A stretch of DNA of 64,000 nt from Microthyrium microscopicum (Eukaryota): positions 1,809,345 to 1,873,344 of the forward strand of contig MU004237.1 of assembly GCA_010405405.1 (NCBI GenBank). The letters run 5' to 3'. A program made the position numbers and the translations under genes. Positions 35,980 to 48,400 of this stretch are shown here, one piece after another. Position 1 is the first letter of the stretch. Each line of letters starts with the position of its first letter. The notes beneath the pieces are model-generated. The model saw nothing but the letters and a program-made list of their open reading frames with translations, did no database searches and was not told where the DNA came from.

Positions 35980-36617
35980 CTTAGCAAGTATGAAAGGAAT
36001 ACTTCTGAATGCAGTTGCTTGCCACTGCAAATGTGGACTTTGGTCTTATATTGTGAAATTTAGCTGTATGCGGTCCAAAATCTTGTCTTTGCCTATAATG
36101 GACTTCATTGCGAGAAGTATATAGAGCAGTTCATACATGGATGTGGCTAGTCGTACTCAACCCTTTCCTAAATGGCTCGGGTGGTTAATATAATTATATA
36201 AATAGTTCAACAGGAAAACAGCAAACTCCAATCAATTCACCCGTGGATAAAATAGGTTTGATCATGAGTTCTGGACGGTTGAAGAAATGTATGTGTAGAA
36301 TTCATAAACAGTTCAAGTTATAAACAAGATATTGTGAAGTTTCTGGTGCATATCCAGTGCTACTATTGTGCTGCCGTCTTGGTAAGAGAGATTTTGTGTG
36401 TTGCTTTCTTCACTGCTCTAGTGTCGAAGCTTTACACATTTGAGTTTGACTGCTGCAGTGACAGTGCCAGGAGTTTAGACCATTGCAGGCTCAGTTTGCA
36501 AAGCTACCGGCGGGCTATGTTTCTTGACTTGATTTCCGGATTTATCGATAACCACTCCACTGTTCACCACTGAAAATGGTTTCTGTCGCCTGTTTTTCAA
36601 CCTCTGAGGCGAAGTAC

Positions 36618-37664
36618 TCAAGGATCAAGACATTGACATTTGTCGTCATTCGTATCCCCAGGCCCTCTTCTCGCAACCAAAGCTCCAAATCCTTTCCCAC
36701 AAGTCTCAGCAATTCTCGGATAATGACAATCCCACAAAATGCCATACGACCGTTCCAAGGTATGACCAAAATAGGGGTTTTCGACAGTATCTTGGAAATT
36801 TTCGTGGTGATAGTCCGTATGTATAGGATGATCCATCTCAGACTCGAGTGTATCTTTGAGATATTGATATATTTTTCTCGAGTTCAATTGAACTCTTCTC
36901 CTTGAAACGACGATCTGCCCAAGATAATCGATCGCAATCTGTGCCGGGCAAAATTCTTGTTTGACAAGCGTGTAAATCTCCTGTATTCTTGAAAACCTGC
37001 GCTCCTTGACCCACGGATCGTAGCAATCCTCACTCGAACAAATCTCGTGAAATCCAATGTTCAGAAATCCGGTGTTGGGTCGGAGATAGTCGACGAGTTT
37101 ATCTCTTGCATTGTCGTGATGGTGTAGTTCGGCTTGCATGAACAAATTGTGATCTGCTAGGTCCCACCAGTTGTTGATTATGTGTGTGAAGTATGCGCCG
37201 GCTTCACGGCCACGGTTGGGAATTAGGAAGACGTTTTGGGTTTGGAAAACCATGCGGAGCTCGTCCAGGTTGGCTTTTTCGTCTTTCACGTAGATAAATG
37301 TCCGTATTCTGGTATATACTTTCATTGCGTCTAATGCCTTTAATTCGGCCATTTTTTTACGAACTTCGCGTGTGTCTTCTTTGTAATAGCTGATGATGAA
37401 ATCGAACGTGTGGGTCAGATCTGGCGTTTCAAGTGGTTCGTTTGATTCGAGAGATGCCGACGGTTGAAGGGATTGGTCTACATCAGAGAAAGGCGTATTC
37501 GTAGGGGTCGGAAGGTCTTCAACAGATGTCGATATATTGGCATGTAGCGATGCGAGGTAATGTGAGCCGGTGAAATGAGGAGCCCAACTGGATTGGAAAG
37601 CACGGAAAAGAAAGAGTATGGCTGCGGCCAAAGGTATGAGCTTTTGCCATGATGTGATATACAT
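36618..37664 (-). CDS. DUF3431-like type II membrane protein
   Basis: N-terminal TM helix; FIYVKD, PNRGRE...YFTHII..W..LADH.LFMQA, FGHTLERSY. Confidence 0.75.
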   Translation of the reverse strand: MYITSWQKLIPLAAAILFLFRAFQSSWAPHFTGSHYLASLHANISTSVEDLPTPTNTPFSDVDQSLQPSASLESNEPLETPDLTHTFDFIISYYKEDTREVRKKMAELKALDAMKVYTRIRTFIYVKDEKANLDELRMVFQTQNVFLIPNRGREAGAYFTHIINNWWDLADHNLFMQAELHHHDNARDKLVDYLRPNTGFLNIGFHEICSSEDCYDPWVKERRFSRIQEIYTLVKQEFCPAQIAIDYLGQIVVSRRRVQLNSRKIYQYLKDTLESEMDHPIHTDYHHENFQDTVENPYFGHTLERSYGILWDCHYPRIAETCGKGFGALVARRGPGDTNDDKCQCLDP

Positions 37665-38510
37665 GGCTGTCTACGCTCTTAAATTGAGTCTATTCAGAGT
37701 ATTCGGACTGGTAATGTTTCGCAAATATCGATTGTGAAAAGTGTAGCAATGAGCAAAAGAATGACTGGAAGATTACTTGACGACTTGACGACGTGGCAGA
37801 CGATAACGATACATTTCAGGCTGATAGAACTCCCAATGACAGTTCAGTCGAAAAATGCAAGACGCCGGAAAGAGTGTGGGATCAAAAATGGCCGAAAGCA
37901 TAAAAGATGTGATGGTCAGCCTGAGGGAAACCACCATCAGTAAGTACCTCCCACATCCTAAGATATTAACAGCCACGCAACGACTAGGGAATTAGCATTT
38001 GCAGATTAGCATAGCAAAAAGCAATAGTCGCATTATCAGGGCCGAGTTCATTTCCATCATTTCTAGAAATGTCACTTTTGTAAGACTGATTTGTCTCATT
38101 TGTGAAGATCACCAATGGTTCAGGAGGCCACCAACGGAAGCGCTATATAAGTGCAGATGTTGGGTTGGCGACTGGTAGGGCGGATTCAACCGATGAGGCT
38201 GAACTAACAGGACAAGTCTAAGCACTCTTATACTTCATTGGTGGTGGCGCTCTCAAAGTGTGGGCCCGATTCTACGTCGAGCATGAGTGGCAGCATGGCT
38301 ATCCTTGGTTCCAGATCTCGACCTAGGTGACTTTTAGGAGATCTATTTACTACGCCACAACAACCACGTCTTTTACCCCCTTTTTACTTTAAGGAGCTTT
38401 GAGGGGAAAGTCAGCCCAGTGGAAGAAGTGTTCGCCAGAACTTTGTAAAAATGGAATACAGATGGTGATGCTTCGTCGATAGCCCAGTGGATTTCGTTAC
38501 ACTATCTGAA

Positions 38511-39868
38511 ATGATAACCTCCTTCGCTCCATCCACGAAGGGCTCCAATAATGCCTACACGTTCCTCTTCGTCCTTGTGATATTGATCACAGTCTATTCG
38601 TACTTTCCCTCACCAGTACCTGACAAATGGCAGTTTGACGCAGCCAAAGATGGGAGAAACTACACCCTATCTGCCGAAAAATGCGACCAAGCCTTTCCTG
38701 GCTTCTACCACGAGATCGATAGAGCACTTAAGTGGCATACAGACAACAAGAAGTCGCTGAGTGTCGACGATGTTGCTGAAGCTTACACTCGGGAGAGCAT
38801 TCGTGTTGTCATATACGAGCGACAGGTAACATTGCTTTTCATAAATCCATCATTTCGTCAGCTAACGTATTGTCCGTATTGTAGATGTACATCATCGACG
38901 AAGATACAGGACCTCATAAAAATCGAGCCGGCTCTATCCTCCTTACCATGAACCGAGCTATCCAGGGCTACAGCGGCGACGTACCGAACGTCGAATTCGT
39001 CCTGGCAGTTGGCGACGGGCCTTCAAAGCCAAATCAATGGGCCCTTACCAGAAAACTGGGTGATTCGAAACACGACTCGATATGGGTGATGTCAGATCAT
39101 GGCTACTGGTCATGGCCAGTCCCTCTGCTTGGCGAATATACTCAGCTGCGGAAGGAAGTGGAGGTTGCTGAGCCTTCGTGGAAAGACAAGATACCGAAGC
39201 TCGTTTGGCGAGGTGTTCTTGGGAATGCGAAAGTCAGAGATGACTTGATTGCGGTGACAAAGGGCAAGGAATGGAGTGATGTTCGTTCAATGACTTGGGC
39301 TGGTAAAGGAGGAACGGAGGGAGCTACCAAGGAAACGGAAGATATTGCGCTTCATATGGTGGAGCAGTGCAACTACAAGTTCTTGATGTACACGGAGGGT
39401 TTGTTACATCTGCAGTATTTGATACAAGTCGTTGCTAATTTGTTTCTCCCAGGTTCCACATACTCTGGACGATTCAAGTACCTCCATCAGTGTAACAGCG
39501 TCATATTTACCCATGAGCTCGCTTGGGCGGAATTACACGGCTCACTGATGAAGTTCGATGGACCAAATCAGAACATGGTACTCGTCAAGAGGGACTTGTC
39601 AGATCTCGAGAGCAAGGTTCAAGAGCTATTATCGAATCCAGCAAAAGGTCAAGCGATTGCCGAGAACAACAAGCGAGATTTCAGGGATAGATACTTCACC
39701 CCAGCAGCTCAAGCTTGTTATGCTCGCAAGATGATTTACAGCTGGTCCAAGATACAAACATTCAAGCCAGAACTATGGACCAAATCTCCAGCTACGGCTG
39801 CTCATCCACAGAGGATGACAACACGAGGAGAACCGTTTGAGACTTGGCTAATTAAAGCGCTTCTTTGA
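38511..39868 (+). CDS. Glycosyltransferase family 90 (CAP10-like); introns 38826-38884 and 39399-39452; start uncertain
   Basis: N-terminal TM helix; C..AFPG..EI, DHGYWSWP, KIPKLVWRG, CNYKFL..TEG.TYSGR.KYL..C.SV, RDRYFTPAA.ACY. Confidence 0.88.
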
Positions 39869-39926
39869 GTTTGGCATTTGATCACTGCAATAATGAATAA
39901 CAAGAATTGTCAATGTAAGAATTATT

Positions 39927-41291
39927 TCATGGTGCTTTTCTACGACGACATATCTTTTCCATAAATCTTGCGAATTCAACGGATTTGTTATCTACAACCC
40001 GCATGAACAGATCGGAAATCCAGATATTGAAAATGCCCATAATAGCAATCTCGGCTAATATAGCAGCGATATTCCGAGGCCATCCTGTACCAGTAGCTCC
40101 AAAAAATAATCTGGTGTGGTATGCAATCCTTTCTCTCCACAGCATAGGGAAACATCCATGCATAATATACAGAGAGTATGAGATGTCTCCCAGATACTGA
40201 ATTGGTTCTGCCAAGAAAGGTCGCTGAAATATGGGTACTCTGAACAAACTCTCGATGATGAGCATCGATGAGAATACAAACCAGAAACATAATGGAACGT
40301 CCCAATTGCCGTGAGTGAGATATATGGCTGGAGTATATGGGTAGAGTTGGCCAAGAACGGGAACATCGGGCGTATCGATCGTCGACCATCCAGCAAGGTA
40401 AAGTCCAGCAACAAGAGCGCAAGTCCAGAAACAGGTATTGAGAGACTTGAGGCCTTCCGAAAGCTGAGGAGACCAGCTGCGTTTTGTAGACATCTCGTCC
40501 AGCTCATCTTCCTCTAATGCAGCTTCTACTTCGGCAATGAAGATTCCTCCAATGAATTCGGCAGGGCCCCATTTGCCGGCACAAAGTGAATGGTAGAAGA
40601 GTATGACAAGGGCCAGCATGCGGACTTGAGTCTTGGCTCTTGATAATCCCAGGATAAGGAGGAAGAGGAGTAGAGAACCGGCCATTTCGATTGGAATCGT
40701 CCAGAGAAATTTGAGATTGTAGTCCATTTCATCCCACCTCCACAAGTGAACGAGCAAAGTCAGACGATTCCAGAGTCCACGACCAAGACCTGGGTGTATG
40801 CCGATAATGACTGTCCACTCGAGATAGACAAGTCCCACGATACAAGGTATAAAGAGTCGGAACGGTCGTCTGAAGATCGAAGAGAACAAGGTTTCGGAGA
40901 GCTTTTCAAAATTTCCTTGTCGAACCAGTCTGACGTGCTTGATTGATAGGACATATCCAGAAATAACGAAAAAGATATGCACCATTCCCGGGCCTGAATA
41001 GATCAATCGGAAGATAGGCAATTGTGTAAAAAAGTTGATTTCTGATCTGCCATATGCTGGCATCAGCCATCTGGCATCGCTCATGACCGTGTGATAGAAG
41101 AACACAAAAAGAGCTGCCAATCCTCGCACGCCATCAAGAAAAGAGGTTTTATGTAGTTTGCGTACATTGTCGGACTTTCGTATTCGTTTCTGTATGAAGG
41201 AGGGTAGAAGGAATAGCAGGGTGCTTTGAAGATTTCGTGACAATGCACCTCTCGAGGCCGATTTCGAGGATAGAGAAAGATAATTAGACAT
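39927..41291 (-). CDS. Acyltransferase family 3 membrane protein
   Basis: LDGVRGLAALFVFFYH, FFVISGYVLS, RRPFRL, LWTIPIE, YLGDISYSLYIMH. Confidence 0.92.
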   Translation of the reverse strand: MSNYLSLSSKSASRGALSRNLQSTLLFLLPSFIQKRIRKSDNVRKLHKTSFLDGVRGLAALFVFFYHTVMSDARWLMPAYGRSEINFFTQLPIFRLIYSGPGMVHIFFVISGYVLSIKHVRLVRQGNFEKLSETLFSSIFRRPFRLFIPCIVGLVYLEWTVIIGIHPGLGRGLWNRLTLLVHLWRWDEMDYNLKFLWTIPIEMAGSLLLFLLILGLSRAKTQVRMLALVILFYHSLCAGKWGPAEFIGGIFIAEVEAALEEDELDEMSTKRSWSPQLSEGLKSLNTCFWTCALVAGLYLAGWSTIDTPDVPVLGQLYPYTPAIYLTHGNWDVPLCFWFVFSSMLIIESLFRVPIFQRPFLAEPIQYLGDISYSLYIMHGCFPMLWRERIAYHTRLFFGATGTGWPRNIAAILAEIAIMGIFNIWISDLFMRVVDNKSVEFARFMEKICRRRKAP

Positions 41292-42160
41292 GGCGTAGTT
41301 GAACCGCTAAAACGAGTGTATCAAGAATCAAATATCATAGCCGCACAGTGTACCGCACAATGGCTATTGACAGAAGGCGATGTTCTTCTTTGAAGTTCAT
41401 AACTCTACCATCCAAATCTCCAAGCGGGCAGGATGGAAAAGGGGGGTAAGGAGAATCATTACCATTTGGCATTATCCATTATTGGACTAAAATGGTTGCT
41501 CTTTTTCGATCAACGCCTTAAGCTCCGGATTTACGGCCGATCCGGCACTAAAAAGCCTAAAAAACAATAAACATGGATGAATCATGGATAGGGGTTGGCT
41601 AGGGGCGCCACCGCTAAACAAGGAGGGAGGCTCTGCAGTCCTGAGGTTGCATGTCTAACTTCACCAGCTTGAGTGCCTTTTATATGATCAAATAGACATG
41701 CATCAATTTTCGTAATGTGATGATTGTACTTGTGATACAGCTGCTAGACAGCTCCTCACCATGGTTTTTGGCTTTCGGAATCGGCCCGCAAGGTTTTTGT
41801 GTGCCTAACGGGTACTACCTAGAAAGCCTTCGTGATCGGGATCATTCTGCGAAATGACTTAGTAAATTAGCTGCGTCCGATTTCAATTGCTACAACACCC
41901 GAATAACATTGTATTGTTTCTGAAGTATGGCCTATGAGACGATCTATACGAGGACCAGACAGGTAGGTTTTCCCCGGCTTCTGAGGGGTCTTAAATGGCA
42001 CAGCAGTCAGATATGATAAGAGCATGGAAAGAACGGCAAAATGTGATTGCTATTGCATGAAATTCTGGCTACGATGCTGTTGCGCTAAAGGCATACTCTA
42101 TGAGAAGCGATGCAACGAAATCCACCGTCAGAACAGCACGTATGTGTTTCAGAGCATCAT

Positions 42161-42736
42161 TCAGTTCCCATTTACCATAAATTTAACGATATCCTCACAG
42201 ACCAACTCGATCTCTTCCCAAGTATCATACTCTTCCTGTGGCACTTCAGCCCCTCCCTCTCCAAATAAGGCACTTTTCATCTTTCTCGTCCACTTCAGCT
42301 TCTGGGGCTTTGCCTTCAACCTAAAGACATGATCCTTCTTCCGCTCGGCGTAGACCAATGGATCACACAGAGGATTCACAGCGTCAAGAAGAGATGTAAT
42401 TACCAGCGGCTTCCCGGGATGCAGTTCCAAGCAGTCAACTTTGAAAACGCCAGGCTCGCATCCCCATTCATCGTCTTCATTCTGGGGTGGTTGGAATACT
42501 TCATCTGCAGTTTCGTCGTACCAATTGAAAAGGTTTAGGCGAAACACCTCGCAGAGAATTGTGCCGCTGACAGAGTTCCATTGTCCTTGGTTGTGGAGAG
42601 TGATAGGATGTGGGAAATTGAGAGTTGCGGTTACGACAAGATACATGTCTTCATTTGTGCCGGATTGGTATGTTTCATGGGTTGCTTGAAGGTTTAGCTC
42701 GAGCTTTGGGTGTGTCTCCATCGTCGTCTTTTGCAT
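42161..42736 (-). CDS. Hypothetical protein
   Basis: 191-aa ATG-initiated ORF with globular composition; no family recognised. Confidence 0.6.
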   Translation of the reverse strand: MQKTTMETHPKLELNLQATHETYQSGTNEDMYLVVTATLNFPHPITLHNQGQWNSVSGTILCEVFRLNLFNWYDETADEVFQPPQNEDDEWGCEPGVFKVDCLELHPGKPLVITSLLDAVNPLCDPLVYAERKKDHVFRLKAKPQKLKWTRKMKSALFGEGGAEVPQEEYDTWEEIELVCEDIVKFMVNGN

Positions 42737-43369
42737 ATATCAGTATCATTCGTCCACTGGAGTGGCAGACTTACTCTACTCAATGTCCAGAAGAAGTGAA
42801 GTAATCAGATGGATAAGTGGATGAGCGTGATCTTCTTGTTTGCGATCATGCTGTTGAGAAGATCTTACAAACTTCAACTACCCGCGTAAGAGGTTTATGC
42901 ATGGTCTAAGCCTACCCAATTGCGTAAATTTCTAAACAACTAACCAACAGCACGGCTGTGAGCAGTGAAAGATCTTTCAAGATGTGTCATGACTCACGTA
43001 TGGTAACATGACCAATCTAGCTTAATGCAGTAGTGCGCCTTAATCAGTCTTAGCAACTCGATCTTGAAGTACCTCATTCAATATGATATATTGTGCTTTT
43101 CTCAACTCACATCCAATTCAATATACCAAGATATGCGGAGGTGATTTGATATACGATGGCCAGGAGCACAGCGAGCTAGTTACTAACGACCATCTTCACC
43201 TTCCGTCCTAAGATCGCAAGTTGTCATATTGAAGACTTGAAAAGGATTCGTCCGGTTCAGTTGTACACATGATTGTCGCCCTCTGATCCACTTTGAAATT
43301 GATTCCAAAATGCCATGTTGCTCTTCAGCGACTGTAGAAGGAAGAACAGCATCGATCCTTCGTAACGCG

Positions 43370-44577
43370 GCAGCGTAGCCATTTGGTATGCCTGGTTTAG
43401 TCTTTTGTCCGATCATTCCAGCCGCGAAATCGCCAAGCAAGGAATCGTAGTTCCCCTGACATTGACCCTTTGACGGATTGGCAGATGGTAGTATGCACGA
43501 GGCGCCTTCAAGACGTCCTGCGCTGGATAAGTGATGTTATCTAGTGTATATGCTGCTGCACTAGCAGTGGTGGTTGGCAAAATGCCGGAAGCATTCCAGT
43601 GATGGAAGCTGCTGATCCAACCATCTACATCTGAGGTCAAGTTGCACAGACATGGTCCATCGCAACCATGGTGGTTACTTTTGACGATTGAATCCCAGAA
43701 GCTACGGATCTCGGGCGCATCTGGTGTATCATATGACTAGAAAGTTGTTAGTATATCAAGAACTATATATATCTCGTATGATATAATCGTCCGGACATGT
43801 CATACAATTGAAAAATAGACAGATCTCCTTACTTGTACAAAGCGGGAGATAATAAGCCGGAGCTTATTAGGATAGCTCGCAAAAAAGGACACCATGTCAG
43901 AAAGCCGTTCCATCGTGAATAAAAGCTATTTCCAATCATCTCGAGTCCCTAGCAACGTAAAAGAAGGCATCCCGCATTGCGAGGCGTTCTTTACAGTTCC
44001 CCGATACAAAATGAAGAGATCAATAAAGCCAGTCGTCTCAGAAGAGTAGTTTGCGCGGCCCAACAACATGAGCTATCCAATAACACCATGTTCATAATGA
44101 TTGCTTGTGCTAAAATTCGTCTGCGTCAATTCATTGAAGGCCTTGGATTGCCATCTTGATTGAATCAAAGCCGAAACGTTCTACCCTGGACTCGCAAATA
44201 TGCTATCCATCAATGGCTCGACGATGATTCGCTTGCGGTAATCAACCAAAGACCGCGCCTCTTACATTCTGGCGGTCTGACAGGTACAAGTTTAGCTGGC
44301 CTAGGATCGTGAGCCATACGCTTTCTGGTCTGATGACAAAGTGGTGGTTCGAAACCCAGGCATCGATGACCCCGTGGACGAAACTGTCATGCGTTGGATA
44401 GATACGTTTGTCTATTGTGACTTTGGTGTTGTTAGCATCGAGGTCAGCCAGCCCGGGCAAGTTGGTGTACATGTTGAGAAATAAATCAAAGGTCGAGGAA
44501 GCGGGTCCTGATTTCGCCTCATATTTTCTGTGGCAAATAGTTGGTGCCTGGGATAATGGTGACTGAGGAGACGACAT
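43370..44577 (-). pseudogene. DUF4419-family pseudogene
   Basis: SFVHGVIDAW..HHFVIRPESVWLTIL.Q, CGMPSFTLLGT.DDW and DGWISSF motifs; frameshift near 44245; in-frame TAGs at 44181, 44073, 43926; a further frameshift near 43440. Confidence 0.8.
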
Positions 44578-45471
44578 GGCTGAGGAATAGTCTGATGGTG
44601 AATTGTATCAGAGACGGTATCTTGTGTTCGCTGTTTTCTTTGTGGCTTACAGCTTGAGTGATGTTGTAAACGTTCAACGTCACTTCAGAGCTCTAAAAGA
44701 CGGCGGACGACTAGTGATCTATATCTGATGTGTAGCATAGCTAAAAGTTCGGCCCCAAAAACATTCTGATACTTTGAATACCATAATCAGTCATATCAAT
44801 TTCATACTCTCAGCCTTGTGACAAGGCGTTGGCACTTCTCCTGCAAATAGATCACTGCCCCAAAGATGAGTAATAGATGAGAATCCTTCTGAATCCTTCA
44901 ACGACGGACGAACACCTTGAAACATCACAAAACTATCCAAAAAGCCAGATCAAAAGCAACACAAAAATGAATTAAAATATATTCCCCACCAGCTAAAAGA
45001 TATAAAATGCATCATCAACCATCCCATCTACCCTGCCAAAAAGCCATCATAGCAACGCTCAAAATACATCCACAAACGCTCAAAGTTCTCCAAGAACGTC
45101 TAAAGTATCATCATCTGACCTAGAAAATAAAAAAGAATATACAGATTGTACAGTGGAAGAAATGTATTATGTTCTGTTTTTGAGTGGTGTTTCCTAGTGA
45201 TAGGAAGTGTGTGTCTTGCGTGTAAGAATAGTTCGCAATGTACAGTGTAGTTTTTCTGTGGTCGTAAAATTTCGTCGTGATTGTTGCGAAGCCTGATAGC
45301 AAGTCGGAAATGCTTGGTTGATTATATAAAAATGTGAAAAAGAAGAATGTAGAAAGGGTATCGTTGAGTGTTCAATGGTTCAAACTGGCTTTGCTGTACT
45401 GCGATAAAAAATCCAAATAAAATCCAAAATCAAAGGAGTGAATCGAAGGGAATGTAAAGTTGGTGGTCCTT

Positions 45472-48400
45472 CTAAAACGGCTTTCCCTCCATAAACGCCG
45501 CTCCTGGCTGTGTGCTCATTGGCGGCATGTTCGCACGTATCTCCTTGTGGTTCCTATAATGCTCCATACCTCTTGGCAGCTGTACATTACTCGTTGGCGC
45601 GGTCGTCGCTGGTCGTTCGGGCAGATATGTTGTTGATGGCAATAGTGGTCCACCAGCATCCATGCCGAATTGCACTTGTTCTGCCGTCATGGCTGCGCGG
45701 ATCGCTTTTGGGTCACGCGGAACGCTGTTTTGGTTCTTGCGGGGGGCTGCGTAGGTTGTTGAGGGGAGGAGAAGCATTGGCGCATCGGTGGCGGCGTCGA
45801 GGGATGAAGATGCGTGGTGCATTGTCATGGGCGGGGCGCTGCCGACGCGCTCAAAGGGCGGTGGGTCGTGATAGGCGTGGGATTGGAGGGTTTCGTAGGG
45901 CGCGGGTTGGGTGGACTCGTAGGGTGCGCGGTATTGACGGCCGGGAGAGGTGCCGCGGGTGCGTGAGGCGCTGCGGTCTGGTGTGAGGCGGTCGCGGACA
46001 CCGCGGAGTTTGCTGGAAATGCCATTGTCGGATTTGAGGGAGGGTGCAATGCTTGCTGCGTCGGCGCTGGGGACGCGGCGATGGCCCATTGGTGGTGAGG
46101 AGTTACCGCCGCCGAGGGACATGTGTGGGTGGTGAAAGGGAGGAGATGCTTGGGGTGTAGCGGCACCAGTGAAGTTATCAATGGCGATGTCAATCACGCC
46201 GGCGTCGCTGGTGGACATATGCGAGACAGGGCGGAAGCCGACTTGCATGGCGCCGGGGTCAGCAAGATGTTGGAGCTGAGGGAGAACGTTGCCAGAGTGC
46301 TCATCGACCATGTCTACGCCAGCACCAAGGACAACAGGCTCGACAACGACGACACCTGCGGGAACCGGTGGAGGTGGTGGAGGAGACTGGACAATCTCAT
46401 TGAGTGATCCCATACGAGAATGAACTCGAGCTTCATTGCTGTTTTGACGGCTGGCGCGACGTCTGTGGTCAGATGGCTGCGGATTATACTTCTCCGGTGG
46501 TGCAGAGGCAGCTCGGCTAGGAGGTTGAAAGGTGGAAGAAGGCAGCGTAAAAGTCGTCGAAGGAAGCATTGGCATCTGCTGATCGTATGGAGAAGGTTCT
46601 GTATGCGTGATACTAATCGGAATCTGAGGAACTGCTGGCGCTTCCTGCTCATTATGCTTAGGATGTCGCATTGCTCTTGGAGTAGCTGGAAGACCAACTT
46701 GACGTCGTTCTGCGTGTGGATCAGCAGTATGGCTACGGATCATCTCGTGCTCTGTAAGGATCCGAATATCAGAAGCGTTGGACACGCTGTTCAGACGGCT
46801 GTTATGCATCTCTGGGTTGACGGTTTGGCTGCGCATTGAATCCCATTCGACAGGCGACATTGGGAAGCCTTGGCTTGTTGCTGATCGAGGAATTCGAAGA
46901 TCATTGGGATGTGGGATAATCGGCGCATCGTCTTTACGAGCCAATGAACGTCGTCTAGCCTCGAGTTCCTCCTGGGCAAGATTGCGCGCCTTGTTCCGAA
47001 GTGGAGCAGAACCTTCCGAGAAGTCGGTTTGTAATCGTGGCATAGCCGGTCGAGAAGTCTGTCGTGACCCAGTCCGTCTTGGGGGCGACTCAGCACGATA
47101 ATCAGCCGGTTTCGCGCTTTGAGACCGAACTCGACGAGGAGCAGTATGATCAGGCGAAGGACCACGACTCGTACTAGTTCCTCTAACTCTCGATCTCAAT
47201 CTATCCGGAGACTGCTGTTGTCTGTTCGAACTGGTAGCTCTAGCACGAACTTTTGCACCAACACTCTGTTCACGCGGTTTCCGTGCTCGAGACTGGTCAC
47301 GATCGGCACCACCAATAGTCATAGAGACTGGTGAGCCAGGAGAGTGACGAGATCCCATGTCTGCAGCTCGGCTTCGTCCACGACGACCAACGGGCTCATC
47401 TGGGCTGACAGGGCGACTCTCAGCGCGCTCTCGTCTGACACGCGAAGCTCCTCGAGTGCCTTGTCGTGGATCAACAGACTCTGCACGTTGTTTCGTAGCT
47501 CGAGATGAGGTGCGGCCATTTCCATGGCTGACAGAATTTGCCTTGTTTCGTCCGCGTCTAGAGTTGGTTGTATCCGTAGTCATTCTTGACATGGTGCTTT
47601 CCGTTGGGGATGTGATACCACGATAAAGTCTCTCTGCATCCGCATCGTCTCTTGGGAACGCCGAAATCTGGATTTGTGGATCATCAGGCGACATAGAAAC
47701 CGGTGAAGAAGGAGAGCGCTTCGGCGGCTTGATGTAGCGTCTACTTCCAGTCTCTGAGGGCGCACGACTGCGACTCATGGTACGAGATTCTTTCGGTTGC
47801 GGTTCTGCTTGGCGAGCACTAGCTTCAGCACGATACTGAGCGTTTTCAGCTTCGAGACTGTTTATATACTCATCCAACGAGCGTATTTTGGCACTCATGG
47901 GCACATTGGCATCTCCAAATGCAGGACTCCTGGCACCTTGTCGAGACATCATAGGCGAGGCGGTCTGATGAGAAGTGCCAGTCTGGAAAGAAGATACTGA
48001 GCTTCCGCTGGGTAGCGATGGGTCGATAACAATAATATCATTTGTTTCAAGCTGTAGGCCTTGCGGCTTTCGGTTTTGTGATCCATTGCGGGTACGACCT
48101 TGAGCTCTCTGTTGCGTGAATACTCCAGATGCAGGCGAAGGTAGATGGTCTTCGTCATATCTCCTATTCGGAATCAAGAGATTTTGCTGGGCGCGTATCT
48201 CACGAGCTGATGACGGTATCGCGGTTCGAGCGTGATCATTGACAATTGGCGTGACGAGTTCATCAACCCAGCGGCCTCGTGATGGCATTCTTCGGCTTGT
48301 AAGGCCACCTGGGGTTGCTGTGACTGAGGACATTGGCTCTCTAAACTGAGGTCTCGAGCGACCGGGAGCAGCTGAATACGTTTGATCCATTGGCGTAACA

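Noticed and set aside
41525..41800. Weak inverted similarity (GGCCGATCCGG vs CGGAATCGGCC)
   Set aside because: Needs gaps and mismatches and has no TSD; could be chance
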